From NCBI GenBank assembly GCA_937886445.1, contig CALGBY010000108.1:1-21313 (forward strand): DNA of 21,313 nt. The letters are read 5' to 3'. Below are positions 1 through 8,250 of the stretch, piece by piece. The notes beneath the pieces were generated by a model. It was not told where the DNA came from. It saw nothing but the letters and a program-made list of their open reading frames with translations, and made no database searches. This DNA comes from an uncultured Clostridia bacterium (GTDB lineage Bacteria; Bacillota; Clostridia; Christensenellales; Aristaeellaceae). Within the stretch, counting starts at the first letter, position 1. Each line of letters starts with the position of its first letter. Position numbers and translations under genes: made by a program.

Positions 1-1
1 G

Positions 2-526
2 CTTCTGGACATCGGGCTTCCCTTCTTCGACGGTTACCACTGGTGCCGGGAGATCCGCAAGCGCTCCAACGTGCCCATCATCTTCATCTCCTCCGCCTCG
101 GATAACATGAATATCATCATGGCCATGAACATGGGCGCGGACGATTTCATCGCCAAGCCCTTCGACGGGAGCGTCCTGATGGCCAAGGTGCAGGCGCTTT
201 TAAGGCGCACCTATGATTTTGCGGCCACCGCCCCGGTTTTATCCCACCGCGGGGCCATCCTGCAGACAGCGGACAGCGTCCTTCTTTACGGGGACGAGCG
301 GATCGAGCTTTCCAAAAACGAATTCCGCATCCTCTCCTGCCTTCTGGAAAACAAGGGCAAGGTGGTCAGCCGCGAAAAGCTGATGGAAAGGCTCTGGGCC
401 ACCGATAGCTTCGTGGACGAAAATACGCTCACGGTGAACGTCAACCGCCTCCGGAAAAAGCTCGACGCGGCGGGGCTTTCGGGCTTCATCGCCACCCGCT
501 TCGGCATGGGCTACGTGGTGGAATGA
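2..526 (+). CDS. OmpR/PhoB-family response regulator, BceR/GraR-like (5'-truncated by the window edge)
   Basis: The frame is open from nt 2. The translation ...LLDIGLPFFDGYHWCREIRKRSNVPIIFISSASDNMNIIMAMNMGADDFIAKPFD is the C-terminal half of a REC domain. It is followed by a winged-helix output domain (LSKNEFRILSCLLENKGKVVSREKLMERLW...NTLTVNVNRLRKKL...GMGYVVE*). The stop lies 1 nt before the next ATG, which is typical two-component coupling. Confidence 0.9.
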   Translation, partial: LLDIGLPFFDGYHWCREIRKRSNVPIIFISSASDNMNIIMAMNMGADDFIAKPFDGSVLMAKVQALLRRTYDFAATAPVLSHRGAILQTADSVLLYGDERIELSKNEFRILSCLLENKGKVVSREKLMERLWATDSFVDENTLTVNVNRLRKKLDAAGLSGFIATRFGMGYVVE

Positions 527-527
527 C

Positions 528-1139
528 ATGAAGGAAAGCCCGTTTTTCTTCCGGTGGCTGAAAGGAAAAGCGCCTCTTTTCGGCGCCTTTCTGCTCTTTT
601 CCGCCATCCTCATCGGCTCCTTTGCGCTTTATCATCTGCCGCTTCGGGCGGTGATATACCCGCTTTTTCTCTGCCTTCTGACAGGGTGTATCCTTCTGAT
701 CCCCGATTACCTCAAAAAGCGATCGCTCCATCAGACGTTACGCAGAATGGAAGGCTTCACCTCCGAAATGCTCGAAAGCCTCCCGGAGGCTCTTTCAAGC
801 GAAGGGGAGGATTATCAGGCCGAGACCCTGTTCACCATGATGGATTACCTGTTCCGCCGTCCGCTGGTGGAGGCTTTCACCACCTGGGATTTTGAGGATC
901 ATCAGTGGCTGAAGGCGCCCTCCGGCCTGGTGCATTCCGACGGTACGCCCAAAAAAGCCCTGCTGATGCTGAAGGAAAAGCTGGCGGGGGACTGGCATAC
1001 CAGTGCTGATCTGATCACCGATGAAAACGGCTGCTGCGAGCTGTACGGCTTCCGCGGGGATTATGAGCTGACCTGCGGCGATGCCGCCCTGCCCTTCACG
1101 TTGAAGAAGGATATGGGCGAAACACAGATTCGGCTGTAA
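528..1139 (+). CDS. Chimeric ORF: BceS-type intramembrane-sensing histidine-kinase N-terminus (2 TM) fused in frame to a GH10-like glycoside-hydrolase C-terminal fragment; probable rearrangement remnant
   Basis: Residues 1 to about 100 (FFFRWLKGKAPLFGAFLLFSAILIGSFALY...AVIYPLFLCLLTGCILLIPDYLKKRSL...LPEALSSEGEDYQ) have the layout of BceS/GraS sensors: two TM helices, almost no loop, and a linker. No DHp H-box and no ATPase (N, G1, G2) motifs follow. Instead the tail VEAFTTWDFEDHQWLKAPSGLVHSDGTPKKALLMLKEKLAGDWHTSADLITDENGCCELYGFRGDYEL resembles the C-terminal end of clostridial GH10 xylanase-like proteins. Confidence 0.6.
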   Translation: MKESPFFFRWLKGKAPLFGAFLLFSAILIGSFALYHLPLRAVIYPLFLCLLTGCILLIPDYLKKRSLHQTLRRMEGFTSEMLESLPEALSSEGEDYQAETLFTMMDYLFRRPLVEAFTTWDFEDHQWLKAPSGLVHSDGTPKKALLMLKEKLAGDWHTSADLITDENGCCELYGFRGDYELTCGDAALPFTLKKDMGETQIRL

Positions 1140-1200
1140 GAAAAACCGGGAAGAGAGATCCGGCCGGTATGAAAACGGCCGCACACATTCTTATTTATTC

Positions 1201-1236
1201 AAAGCACCCTGCCCGTTTGGACAGGGTGCTTTTGTG
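1201..1236. terminator. Hairpin terminator (AAAGCACCCTG-N10-CAGGGTGCTTT followed by TGTG)
   Basis: An 11-bp perfect stem (1201-1211 / 1222-1232) has its T-run partly inside the stem. It lies between the convergent genes 528..1139 (+) and 1416..1886 (-). A second small palindromic hairpin, CGGCCG-N9-CGGCCG, lies at about 1162-1182. Confidence 0.6.
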
Positions 1237-1415
1237 ATCCTGAGTCTGTTTCCGCAGCACCGTTCATCCGCCTGACCGGGATCCATGGATACAGGGGGCT
1301 GCCGTTTCCGTACGCGCCCGAAAAAGCCGCGGATGCTGTGACAGCTGACAGATGCGGTTCCGCACCGGGGCGGCGGGCGATCATGCCTGACCGCCTCTTT
1401 CCATCCGTTCCCGGA

Positions 1416-1886
1416 TCAGCCCTTGACGGAAAGCGCTTCTTTGATCAGATCGATCTTTATTTGATCCTGCTTGTTCTTTACATCTTTGCGATAGCTGTCC
1501 TTCAGAGAGGCTTCGTACACCTTCAGATAATCATTCAGGCCCGGCAGACGGTATTTTGCGCCTTCTTCTTCCAGAAACGGAATGCCGTCAGGCTCCACCC
1601 CGGCGAATCCGGTCAGGCTTTCCAGCACGGCAAAGGCCACCGTAACGCCGCCGCGCGTGAAAGCGTGCTCGTGTTCGTCGGTGAGGCGGTAGCCTTCCCG
1701 CTCCATCAGGGCTTTCAAAAGCGCCCACTCCTCTGTCAGGCACTTCTGCGGCAGCAGCACATCGATATCATCGGCGTTCAGGCTTTTCTGCAGTCTTCTT
1801 TCCAGCCCTAAAGAGCCGTAGAGCAGGGGACAGACCGACAGCTGAGCGTTGATCAGCCGGGCAAGCCGCAAAAATTCCGTATACAT
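1416..1886 (-). CDS. Small nucleotidyltransferase-fold protein (Pol-beta superfamily)
   Basis: The N-terminus carries the G-S ... D-x-D signature of Pol-beta-type NTases (LLYGSLGLERRLQKSLNADDIDVLLP). A good SD (GGAGGAAAA) lies 5 nt upstream of the ATG. The substrate cannot be called from sequence. Confidence 0.7.
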   Translation of the reverse strand: MYTEFLRLARLINAQLSVCPLLYGSLGLERRLQKSLNADDIDVLLPQKCLTEEWALLKALMEREGYRLTDEHEHAFTRGGVTVAFAVLESLTGFAGVEPDGIPFLEEEGAKYRLPGLNDYLKVYEASLKDSYRKDVKNKQDQIKIDLIKEALSVKG

Positions 1887-2127
1887 TCCGTTTTCCTCCG
1901 TGTGTTTTTTGATTTACTTTGGGCAGGTCATTCGTCCGGACGGTGAAATCGATCGTTTCACAGATCCCGGCCTGTATCTCCGAGGCAGAGAATTCCCGTG
2001 CCTTGAACAGGCGGATATCCCTGTCTGACGGTATTGTCACACAGATCCCCTCTTCCGTCAATACAGGCAAAACGGACGGACAGCGCCGCCCGGCATCAGA
2101 TTTATTCTTTTCCTGCCGGTGAAATAC

Positions 2128-2156
2128 TTGCACAAAACGCACAAAACACATATAAT
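2128..2156 (+). promoter_or_regulatory. Sigma-A type promoter for the phosphohexomutase/GH3 pair
   Basis: TTGCAC (2128-2133), a 17-nt spacer, then TATAAT (2151-2156). It sits 33 nt upstream of the ATG at 2189, and AGGAGG lies at 2174-2179. Confidence 0.7.
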
Positions 2157-2188
2157 ATCAGTATAAATACCTTAGGAGGCGGAACACG

Positions 2189-3907
2189 ATGGGTTACATG
2201 GATGAATACCGGGCATGGCTCGATCACTTTTCCGGAGATCTTAAGCTGACAGAGGAACTGAACGCCATTCAGGATGAAAAGGAGATCGAGGATCGCTTTT
2301 ATACCGATCTGTCCTTCGGCACCGCGGGCATGCGCGGCGTGCTGGGCATGGGCAGAAACAGGATGAATATCTATACCGTACGCAGGGCCAGCTTTGGCTT
2401 GGCGGATTTTTTGCTGGGCGACGGCTCTGCGGATAAGGGAGTCGTCATTGCTTATGACAGCCGCAATATGAGCAGCGAATTTGCCATGGAGGCGGCGCTT
2501 TCACTGGCCGCCCGCGGTGTGAAGGCCTACCTTTTTGATTCTCTCCGGCCCGTGCCTGTGCTTTCCTTCGCGGTAAGGCATCTGGGCACCGCCGCCGGCA
2601 TCGTGGTGACGGCCAGCCATAATCCTCCGCAGTACAACGGCTACAAGGTGTACGCGGCGGATGGCGCCCAACTGGGGCCCGAGGCTGCCGATGCCGTAAC
2701 GGAAAAGATCCGCGCGCTTTCCTACTTCGATCTTAAGCCCATGGATGAGGCTGAGGCGAAGGAAAAGGGACTGCTTCAGATCATCGGCGACACTGAAGTG
2801 GATACGGATTATATCGCGATGATCAAGAGCCTTTCGCTGCGTCCCGAGCTGCTGAAGGAAAAAGGAAAGGATCTTTCCATCGTATATACGCCGCTGCATG
2901 GCTCCGGCAATGTGCCTGTGCGCCGTATGCTGAAGGAACTGGGCGTTGAGCATGTGGCCGTGGTAAAGGAGCAGGAGCTGCCGGACGGCAACTTCCCCAC
3001 GGTGAAGGCTCCCAACCCTGAGGATCCGAATGCCTTCACGCTGGCGATCCCGCTGGCGGATCAGACAGGAGCTACCGTGGTGTTCGGTACCGATCCGGAC
3101 TGTGACCGCATGGGTGTGGCTGTGCGCGACAGCGAGGGTGTGTTCCATACCCTTACCGGCAACCAGATCGGCTGTCTGCTGCTTTCTCATGTGCTTTCGT
3201 CAAGAAAGCTGAACGGTACGCTGCCTGAGAACGGCGCGGCGGTCAAATCCATCGTGAGCACGGAAATGGCGCGTTCCATCTGCAAAGATTACGGCGTGGA
3301 GCTGTTTGACGTGCTGACGGGCTTCAAATTTATCGGAGAAAAGATACAGCAATTTGAAGAGAGCGGAAGCCACAGCTTCCTGTTTGGCTTTGAGGAGAGC
3401 TTCGGCTTCCTGTCCGGCACCCGTGTGCGCGATAAGGACGGCGTGAATGCCAGCCTGCTTCTGTGTGAAGCCGCCTGCGCCGCCGCGGACGAGGGCGTGA
3501 CGCTGTATGACAAGCTGCAGGCACTGTTTGAAAAGTACGGATACTACACCGAAAAGGTGGTATCCGTTACCCTGCCCGGCAAGGACGGCGTGCAGAAGAT
3601 GAAGGATATCATGGCGTCCCTGCGCGCGCATGCTCCGGAGCAGCTGGCGGGCCTTCGTGTGACCGCGAAACGGGACTATAAGTCCGGCATCCGTACGGAT
3701 CTGCTTTCCGGGAAGGAAAACGAAATGGGACTTCCCGCGTCCGATGTGCTGTATTGGGAACTGGAAAACGGAAACTGGGTATGTGTACGCCCCAGCGGAA
3801 CGGAGCCCAAGATCAAGCTGTATGTCAATACCCGCGCTTCTTCCGAAAAGGAGAGCGTTGAACTGAATGAACAGCTGAAGGAAGCCGCGCAGGCGCTGCT
3901 CGGCTGA
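2189..3907 (+). CDS. Phosphoglucomutase/phosphomannomutase (alpha-D-phosphohexomutase family, PgcA-like)
   Basis: It has the active-site serine loop TASHNPPQYNGYKVY, a metal-binding loop FGTDPDCDRMG, a sugar-binding loop GFEESFGF, and a C-terminal RPSGTEPKIKLY phosphate-binding loop. The 572-aa length is typical of Firmicutes PgcA. Confidence 0.95.
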   Translation: MGYMDEYRAWLDHFSGDLKLTEELNAIQDEKEIEDRFYTDLSFGTAGMRGVLGMGRNRMNIYTVRRASFGLADFLLGDGSADKGVVIAYDSRNMSSEFAMEAALSLAARGVKAYLFDSLRPVPVLSFAVRHLGTAAGIVVTASHNPPQYNGYKVYAADGAQLGPEAADAVTEKIRALSYFDLKPMDEAEAKEKGLLQIIGDTEVDTDYIAMIKSLSLRPELLKEKGKDLSIVYTPLHGSGNVPVRRMLKELGVEHVAVVKEQELPDGNFPTVKAPNPEDPNAFTLAIPLADQTGATVVFGTDPDCDRMGVAVRDSEGVFHTLTGNQIGCLLLSHVLSSRKLNGTLPENGAAVKSIVSTEMARSICKDYGVELFDVLTGFKFIGEKIQQFEESGSHSFLFGFEESFGFLSGTRVRDKDGVNASLLLCEAACAAADEGVTLYDKLQALFEKYGYYTEKVVSVTLPGKDGVQKMKDIMASLRAHAPEQLAGLRVTAKRDYKSGIRTDLLSGKENEMGLPASDVLYWELENGNWVCVRPSGTEPKIKLYVNTRASSEKESVELNEQLKEAAQALLG

Positions 3908-3930
3908 TAAACAGACGGAGGAACAGGCAA

Positions 3931-6009
3931 ATGATGACGCATGAGGAAGCCTTTGAACGCGCGAAAAAGATAGTGGATCAAATGACGCTTGAGGAAGCCG
4001 CCTCCCAGCTGCGCTACGGCGCGCCGGCAGTGGAACGGCTGGGCGTTCCCGCCTATAACTATTGGAACGAGGCGTTGCACGGGGTGGCCCGAGCCGGTAC
4101 GGCCACCGTGTTCCCGCAGGCTATCGGCCTCGGCGCCACCTTTGATACGGAGCTGGAGAACAGCATCGGCAAAGTGATCGCAGAGGAGGGCCGTGCCAAA
4201 TACAACGCCCAGAGTGAAAAGGGAGACCGCGACATCTATAAGGGGCTTACCTTCTGGAGCCCCAATGTGAATATCTTCCGTGACCCGCGCTGGGGCAGAG
4301 GCCAGGAGACCTTCGGTGAAGATCCCTACCTTACATCCCGCATGGGCGTGGCGTTTGTCAAGGGGCTGCAGGGCGAGGGCGAGCATCTGAAGGCCGCGGC
4401 CTGCGCCAAGCACTTTGCCGTGCACAGCGGCCCTGAGGCCCTGCGCCATGAGTTTGACGCGGTGGTGGATGAGAAGGACCTGCGTGAGACCTATCTGCCC
4501 GCCTTTGAAGCACTGGTGGGCGAGGCGGATGTGGAGGCCGTGATGGGCGCGTACAACCGCACCAACGGCGAGCCCTGCTGCGGACATAAGAAGCTGATGG
4601 TGGATGTGCTGCGCGGCGAGTGGAAATTCAAGGGCCAGTTCGTGAGCGATTGCTGGGCCATCAAGGATTTTCATGATGCCCATCATGTGACCGATACCCC
4701 CACCGAAAGCGCCGCGCTGGCGCTGAAGATGGGCTGCGATGTGAACTGCGGCTCCACCTATCTGTGCATGCTGGCGGCCTATCAGGAAGGCAAGGTGACG
4801 GAGGAGGAGATCCGCCTCGCCGCTACCCGCGCGCTGATGACCCGTGTACGTCTGGGCGTGCTGGATGGCAGCAGTGAGTACGACAGCATTCCCTATACCG
4901 CCTGCGATACCGATGAAAACGCTGCTGTATCCCTGCAGGCCGCGCGTGAGAGCATGGTGCTTTTGAAGAATGACGGTATCCTGCCTCTTGACGCTGATAA
5001 ATTGACCTCTGTTGCCGTGATCGGCCCGAATGCCGATTCCATCCCCGCTCTGGAAGGCAACTATTCCGGCACCTCCTCCCGCTATGTAACGGTGCTGGAG
5101 GGGATCCGTGAGGCGCTGAAGGGAAAGGCACGCGTGTATTACAGCCTGGGAAGCCACCTGTACAGAGACCGTACAAGCGGCCTAGCCATGGCGGATGACC
5201 GTCTCGCGGAGGCAAAGGCCGTGGCCGAGGCCGCCGATGTGACGGTGCTGTGCCTGGGCCTTGATCCGTCCATTGAGGGCGAGCAGGGCGATACAGGCAA
5301 TGAATTCTCCTCCGGCGATAAAAAGACGCTGGACCTGCCCGATACGCAGAAACGTCTGCTGGAAACAGTGCTTTCCGCGGGCAAGCCGGTCATCGTGCTG
5401 CTGCTTTCCGGAAGCGCTCTGAATGTAACGGAGGGCAATGCGATCCTGCAGTGCTGGTATCCCGGTCAGGCGGGCGGTACCGCCGCGGCGGATATCCTGT
5501 TCGGCCGGGTCTCTCCCTGCGGAAAGCTGCCTGTCACCTTCTATCACAGCGTGGATGATCTGCCCGATTTCTGCGATTACAGCATGAAGAACCGTACCTA
5601 CCGGTACTTTGAGGGCGAGGCGCTGTATCCCTTCGGCTTCGGACTCTCCTATGCGGGATTCAGGTATTCCGACGCTTCCTTCGCGGACGGCAGGGTCACC
5701 GTTACAGTAAAGAACACGGGCAGCATGGCCGCGAAGGCTGTGACTCAGGTGTATGTGAAGGATGAGGAAAGCCCCTTCGCGGTGCGCAATACCAAGCTGT
5801 GCGCCTTCAGCAAGGATCTGCTCGCTCCCGGTGAGGAAAAGCAGATCGAGCTGCCTCTTTCTGATGACGCCTTCGCCTGCTGGGATGAAAACGGCGTAAA
5901 GGCCGTCCGTTCCTCCCGTTTCACCCTGTATGTGGCGGACCGCCAGCCGGATGAGCGCAGCAGCGCGCTTGCAGGCGGCGATGTTCAGAAGATCAGCGTA
6001 ACACTGTAA
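3931..6009 (+). CDS. Glycoside hydrolase family 3 (beta-xylosidase/beta-glucosidase type) with Fn3-like C-terminal domain
   Basis: GH3 N-terminal motifs are present: NYWNEALHGVA, NIFRDPRWGRGQETFGEDP, KHFAVHSGPE and the nucleophile region GQFVSDCWAI. An alpha/beta sandwich and an Fn3-like tail follow (VTVKNTGSMAAKAVTQVYV). GGAGG lies 9 nt upstream, and the gene starts 23 nt after the upstream gene. Confidence 0.93.
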   Translation: MMTHEEAFERAKKIVDQMTLEEAASQLRYGAPAVERLGVPAYNYWNEALHGVARAGTATVFPQAIGLGATFDTELENSIGKVIAEEGRAKYNAQSEKGDRDIYKGLTFWSPNVNIFRDPRWGRGQETFGEDPYLTSRMGVAFVKGLQGEGEHLKAAACAKHFAVHSGPEALRHEFDAVVDEKDLRETYLPAFEALVGEADVEAVMGAYNRTNGEPCCGHKKLMVDVLRGEWKFKGQFVSDCWAIKDFHDAHHVTDTPTESAALALKMGCDVNCGSTYLCMLAAYQEGKVTEEEIRLAATRALMTRVRLGVLDGSSEYDSIPYTACDTDENAAVSLQAARESMVLLKNDGILPLDADKLTSVAVIGPNADSIPALEGNYSGTSSRYVTVLEGIREALKGKARVYYSLGSHLYRDRTSGLAMADDRLAEAKAVAEAADVTVLCLGLDPSIEGEQGDTGNEFSSGDKKTLDLPDTQKRLLETVLSAGKPVIVLLLSGSALNVTEGNAILQCWYPGQAGGTAAADILFGRVSPCGKLPVTFYHSVDDLPDFCDYSMKNRTYRYFEGEALYPFGFGLSYAGFRYSDASFADGRVTVTVKNTGSMAAKAVTQVYVKDEESPFAVRNTKLCAFSKDLLAPGEEKQIELPLSDDAFACWDENGVKAVRSSRFTLYVADRQPDERSSALAGGDVQKISVTL

Positions 6010-6010
6010 A

Positions 6011-6037
6011 GGAAACGCCGAATAAATCGGCGTTTCC
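6011..6037 (+). terminator. Hairpin immediately after the GH3 stop (possible terminator)
   Basis: GGAAACGCCGA-ataaa-TCGGCGTTTCC is an 11-bp perfect stem. No U-run follows on the + strand, so intrinsic-terminator function is uncertain. Confidence 0.45.
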
Positions 6038-6113
6038 CCAAAAGCAATGGCCGGCCGGTTTCGTGATATAAGGCACGGAATCGGCCGTTTATCAAATGAG
6101 GTAATTTGAAAAC

Positions 6114-6941
6114 ATGGTCGAACTGGGGAATCCGTATTATTTTCTTTTTTTACTGTCCGGTATCGCAATATTTGTTTTGTTCTGGCTGTGCCTGCGCAAA
6201 AAAAGCGAAGACACAAAGAAAAATGTTCTTTTTATCTGGCTGCTACTCAATTTCCTTCTGCACTTTCTGAAGCAGTTGCTCCCGGGGTACGATCTTCCCG
6301 GCACCCTGCACAAATCCACCGCGGAAAATATCTGCGCGGTGAGCACGATGTGCTTTCCGTTCATCATGCTTCTAAAAAAGGATCATCCGCTGCGGGACTT
6401 CATGTTTTTCATCGGCATCACGGGCGGGATGGGCGCTTTTCTGTATCCCACCGAGGCTTTTGGGCGTTCGCTCGGCGAGCCGGACCTGTACCGCTTTTAT
6501 TTCTGCCATTTCACTTTGGGCGCGGTGCCGCTGCTGAGCGCGGCGCTGGGCCTGTACCGGCCGCGAATGAAGCGTTTCTGGGTCATTCCGCTGCTGTTTC
6601 TGTGCTGGGAAGCCGTCATTTTTCTGAATGAGGCGGTGCTGGTCGCGACCGGCATTGTGAACAGCACGCCGGCGCAGTTTTTTGACCGTGATATCCGGAA
6701 CAACGGCTTTGTGTTCGGCCCTACTTCTGATATGGCGGCCCTCGGCAATATTCTCACGGCGGTCGTTCCGTCCTTTATGAAAAAGGATGTTTCCGGGCTG
6801 CTGGGCGGCGGTGAAATGTACTGGCCGGTGCTTTGGCTGCTGATCCCCGGCTTTGTGTATTTTGTGCCTCTCTGGCTTTTGATGTGCCTGCCGCTTTGGC
6901 TCAGAGAAAAGATCACTCACAGGAAAGAGGAAAGCCTATGA
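6114..6941 (+). CDS. Polytopic integral membrane protein, YwaF/TIGR02206-like
   Basis: About 7 hydrophobic segments. The pattern ENICAVSTMCFPFIMLL ... FFIGITGGMGAFLYPTE ... YRFYFCHFTLGAVPLLSA ... YRPRMKRFW parallels the LPLxLCS / F.LGi.GA.qA.LtP / FRFf..H blocks of the YwaF family. Confidence 0.75.
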   Translation: MVELGNPYYFLFLLSGIAIFVLFWLCLRKKSEDTKKNVLFIWLLLNFLLHFLKQLLPGYDLPGTLHKSTAENICAVSTMCFPFIMLLKKDHPLRDFMFFIGITGGMGAFLYPTEAFGRSLGEPDLYRFYFCHFTLGAVPLLSAALGLYRPRMKRFWVIPLLFLCWEAVIFLNEAVLVATGIVNSTPAQFFDRDIRNNGFVFGPTSDMAALGNILTAVVPSFMKKDVSGLLGGGEMYWPVLWLLIPGFVYFVPLWLLMCLPLWLREKITHRKEESL

Positions 6942-8095
6942 CCGAACGGCTGTATTATGATGATTCCTATATGCGGGAGTTTACCGCGCATGTTACCGCT
7001 GCCTGCGAAGCGGACGGGGATACCCTGATCACGCTGGACCGCAGCGCTTTTTACCCGACCAGCGGGGGTCAGCCCTATGATACCGGTGTGCTGATCGATA
7101 CGGCTTCAGGGCAGGCCTTTTCTGTTACCGATGTGGAGGTAAAGGATAACGAGGTATGGCACCGTGTTCGCGGAAAGCTGAAAACGGGCGATGAAGTGAC
7201 CGGAAGGATCGACTGGGAGCGCCGCTTTGACCATATGCAGCAACACGGCGGCGAGCATATGATCGCAGGGGCTTTCTGGAAGCTGTTTGGCGGCACCACC
7301 ATCGGGCTGCATCTGGGAAAAGAGGAAAGCAGTATCGATGTGACGATGCCGGACGGCCGTACGCGTATCACCGGGGAGGAAACCGCCGCGGTGGAGGAAT
7401 ATGTGAACCGGCATATCCAGAACGATGAAAGGATCCGCTGCTTCTTCCCTTCGGAAGCGGAGCTGGAAGCGCTCCCGCTTCGCAAGCCGCCCACGGTGAA
7501 GGAGCATATCCGTATCGTGGAGATCGGCGGATGGGAGCTGGTGGCCTGCGGCGGAACACATCCTTCGCGTACCGGTGAGATCGGGATCGTGAAGATCCTT
7601 TCCGTGGTGCCGGCAAAGGGAAAAGCGAGGGTGAGCTTTGTGTGCGGTATGCGCGCGGTGAGGTATCTTTCGCTCTGCGCGGCGCAGACGGAAATGAGCG
7701 CGCGTCTGCTTTCAGTGCAGCCGGGAGCATTGCTTCACGCGGCGGAGGAACTGAAGGAAAAGAACGCGGCGCTTGAGAAGGAACTGAAAAGCTTCCGTGC
7801 CGGGGAATATGAAAGAATGCTGGAGGAACATGACGGCGTTCTTTATCTTGAACAGGGAGACGCCGCCTGCCTGCAGACGGCGGTGAGCCGGTATATCGCC
7901 GCTCCCGGGCGTGTGGCGCTGTGCGGAGCTTCCGGACGGCTGATTTTCGCGAGAAGCGCCGGGCTTTCGGCGGATATGGCTGTGCTGCTCCGTCAGGTGG
8001 CCCGCGGCGGCGGTAAGCCGGATATGGCGAGCGGCGCCGGCACGGAGGAAAATGTACTGAGAGCGGCTGAGTTGCTGCGTAAAACGGAATTGTAA
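6938..8095 (+). CDS. alaX: Alanyl-tRNA editing protein AlaX-L type (tRNA synthetase second additional domain plus DHHA1-like C-terminus)
   Basis: It has the Zn-binding editing motifs HMQQHGGEHMIAGAF (HxxxH) and ACGGTHP, and a C-terminal GGGKPDMASGAG as in AlaRS/AlaX DHHA1 domains. I chose the ATG at 6938 (MTERLYYDDSYMREF): it has an AGGAAAGAGGAAAG SD and overlaps the upstream stop as ATGA. The longer 6833 start lies inside the membrane-protein gene. Confidence 0.9.
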   Translation: MTERLYYDDSYMREFTAHVTAACEADGDTLITLDRSAFYPTSGGQPYDTGVLIDTASGQAFSVTDVEVKDNEVWHRVRGKLKTGDEVTGRIDWERRFDHMQQHGGEHMIAGAFWKLFGGTTIGLHLGKEESSIDVTMPDGRTRITGEETAAVEEYVNRHIQNDERIRCFFPSEAELEALPLRKPPTVKEHIRIVEIGGWELVACGGTHPSRTGEIGIVKILSVVPAKGKARVSFVCGMRAVRYLSLCAAQTEMSARLLSVQPGALLHAAEELKEKNAALEKELKSFRAGEYERMLEEHDGVLYLEQGDAACLQTAVSRYIAAPGRVALCGASGRLIFARSAGLSADMAVLLRQVARGGGKPDMASGAGTEENVLRAAELLRKTEL

Positions 8096-8150
8096 CATTC
8101 ACAGGCGGGGCGGAATAATCGACTGCAGGTCTTCGTTATATGAATGTAGA

Positions 8151-8250
8151 TTTGGAAAACGAGTTCGGTCGTTTTTCAAACATACATCGGTTCCTCATTC
8201 GGAGGACGGGCAATAAGCCGGTAAACGGCATAAAACGGGAGGATGGGATC
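8151..8250 (+). repeat. Copy B of a conserved intergenic leader element (hairpin, core, GC hairpin, SD)
   Basis: TTTGGAAAACGA-gttcgg-TCGTTTTTCAAA (12-bp stem, 8151-8180) is followed by the core CATACATCGGTTCCTCATTCGGAGG (8181-8205). Next come GCCG-gtaaa-CGGC (8217-8229), AAACGGGAGGA, and the ATG at 8251. The architecture matches 15329..15446 on the minus strand. Confidence 0.7.

Noticed and set aside
1768-2151. 127-aa minus-strand ORF upstream of and overlapping the nucleotidyltransferase gene.
   Set aside because: Its only start lies inside the -10 of the phosphohexomutase promoter, and it overlaps the NTase gene by about 120 nt in another frame. At most it is a gene remnant (see finding).
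3676-6216. Long minus-strand ORFs (3676..5157, 493 aa; 5182..6216, 344 aa) opposite the GH3 gene.
   Set aside because: They are antisense shadow ORFs typical of GC-rich coding DNA. The translations are Ala/Gly/Arg/His-rich with no motifs, while the + strand product has unmistakable GH3 signatures.
6833-6937. Longer N-terminal extensions offered by the ORF track: 6833 for AlaX-L, 8140 for the secreted protein, 16829 for uvrB.
   Set aside because: The extensions lie inside the upstream gene or in promoter and leader sequence. Internal ATGs at 6938, 8251 and 16901 have good SDs and give canonical N-termini, including a signal peptide and the UvrB start.
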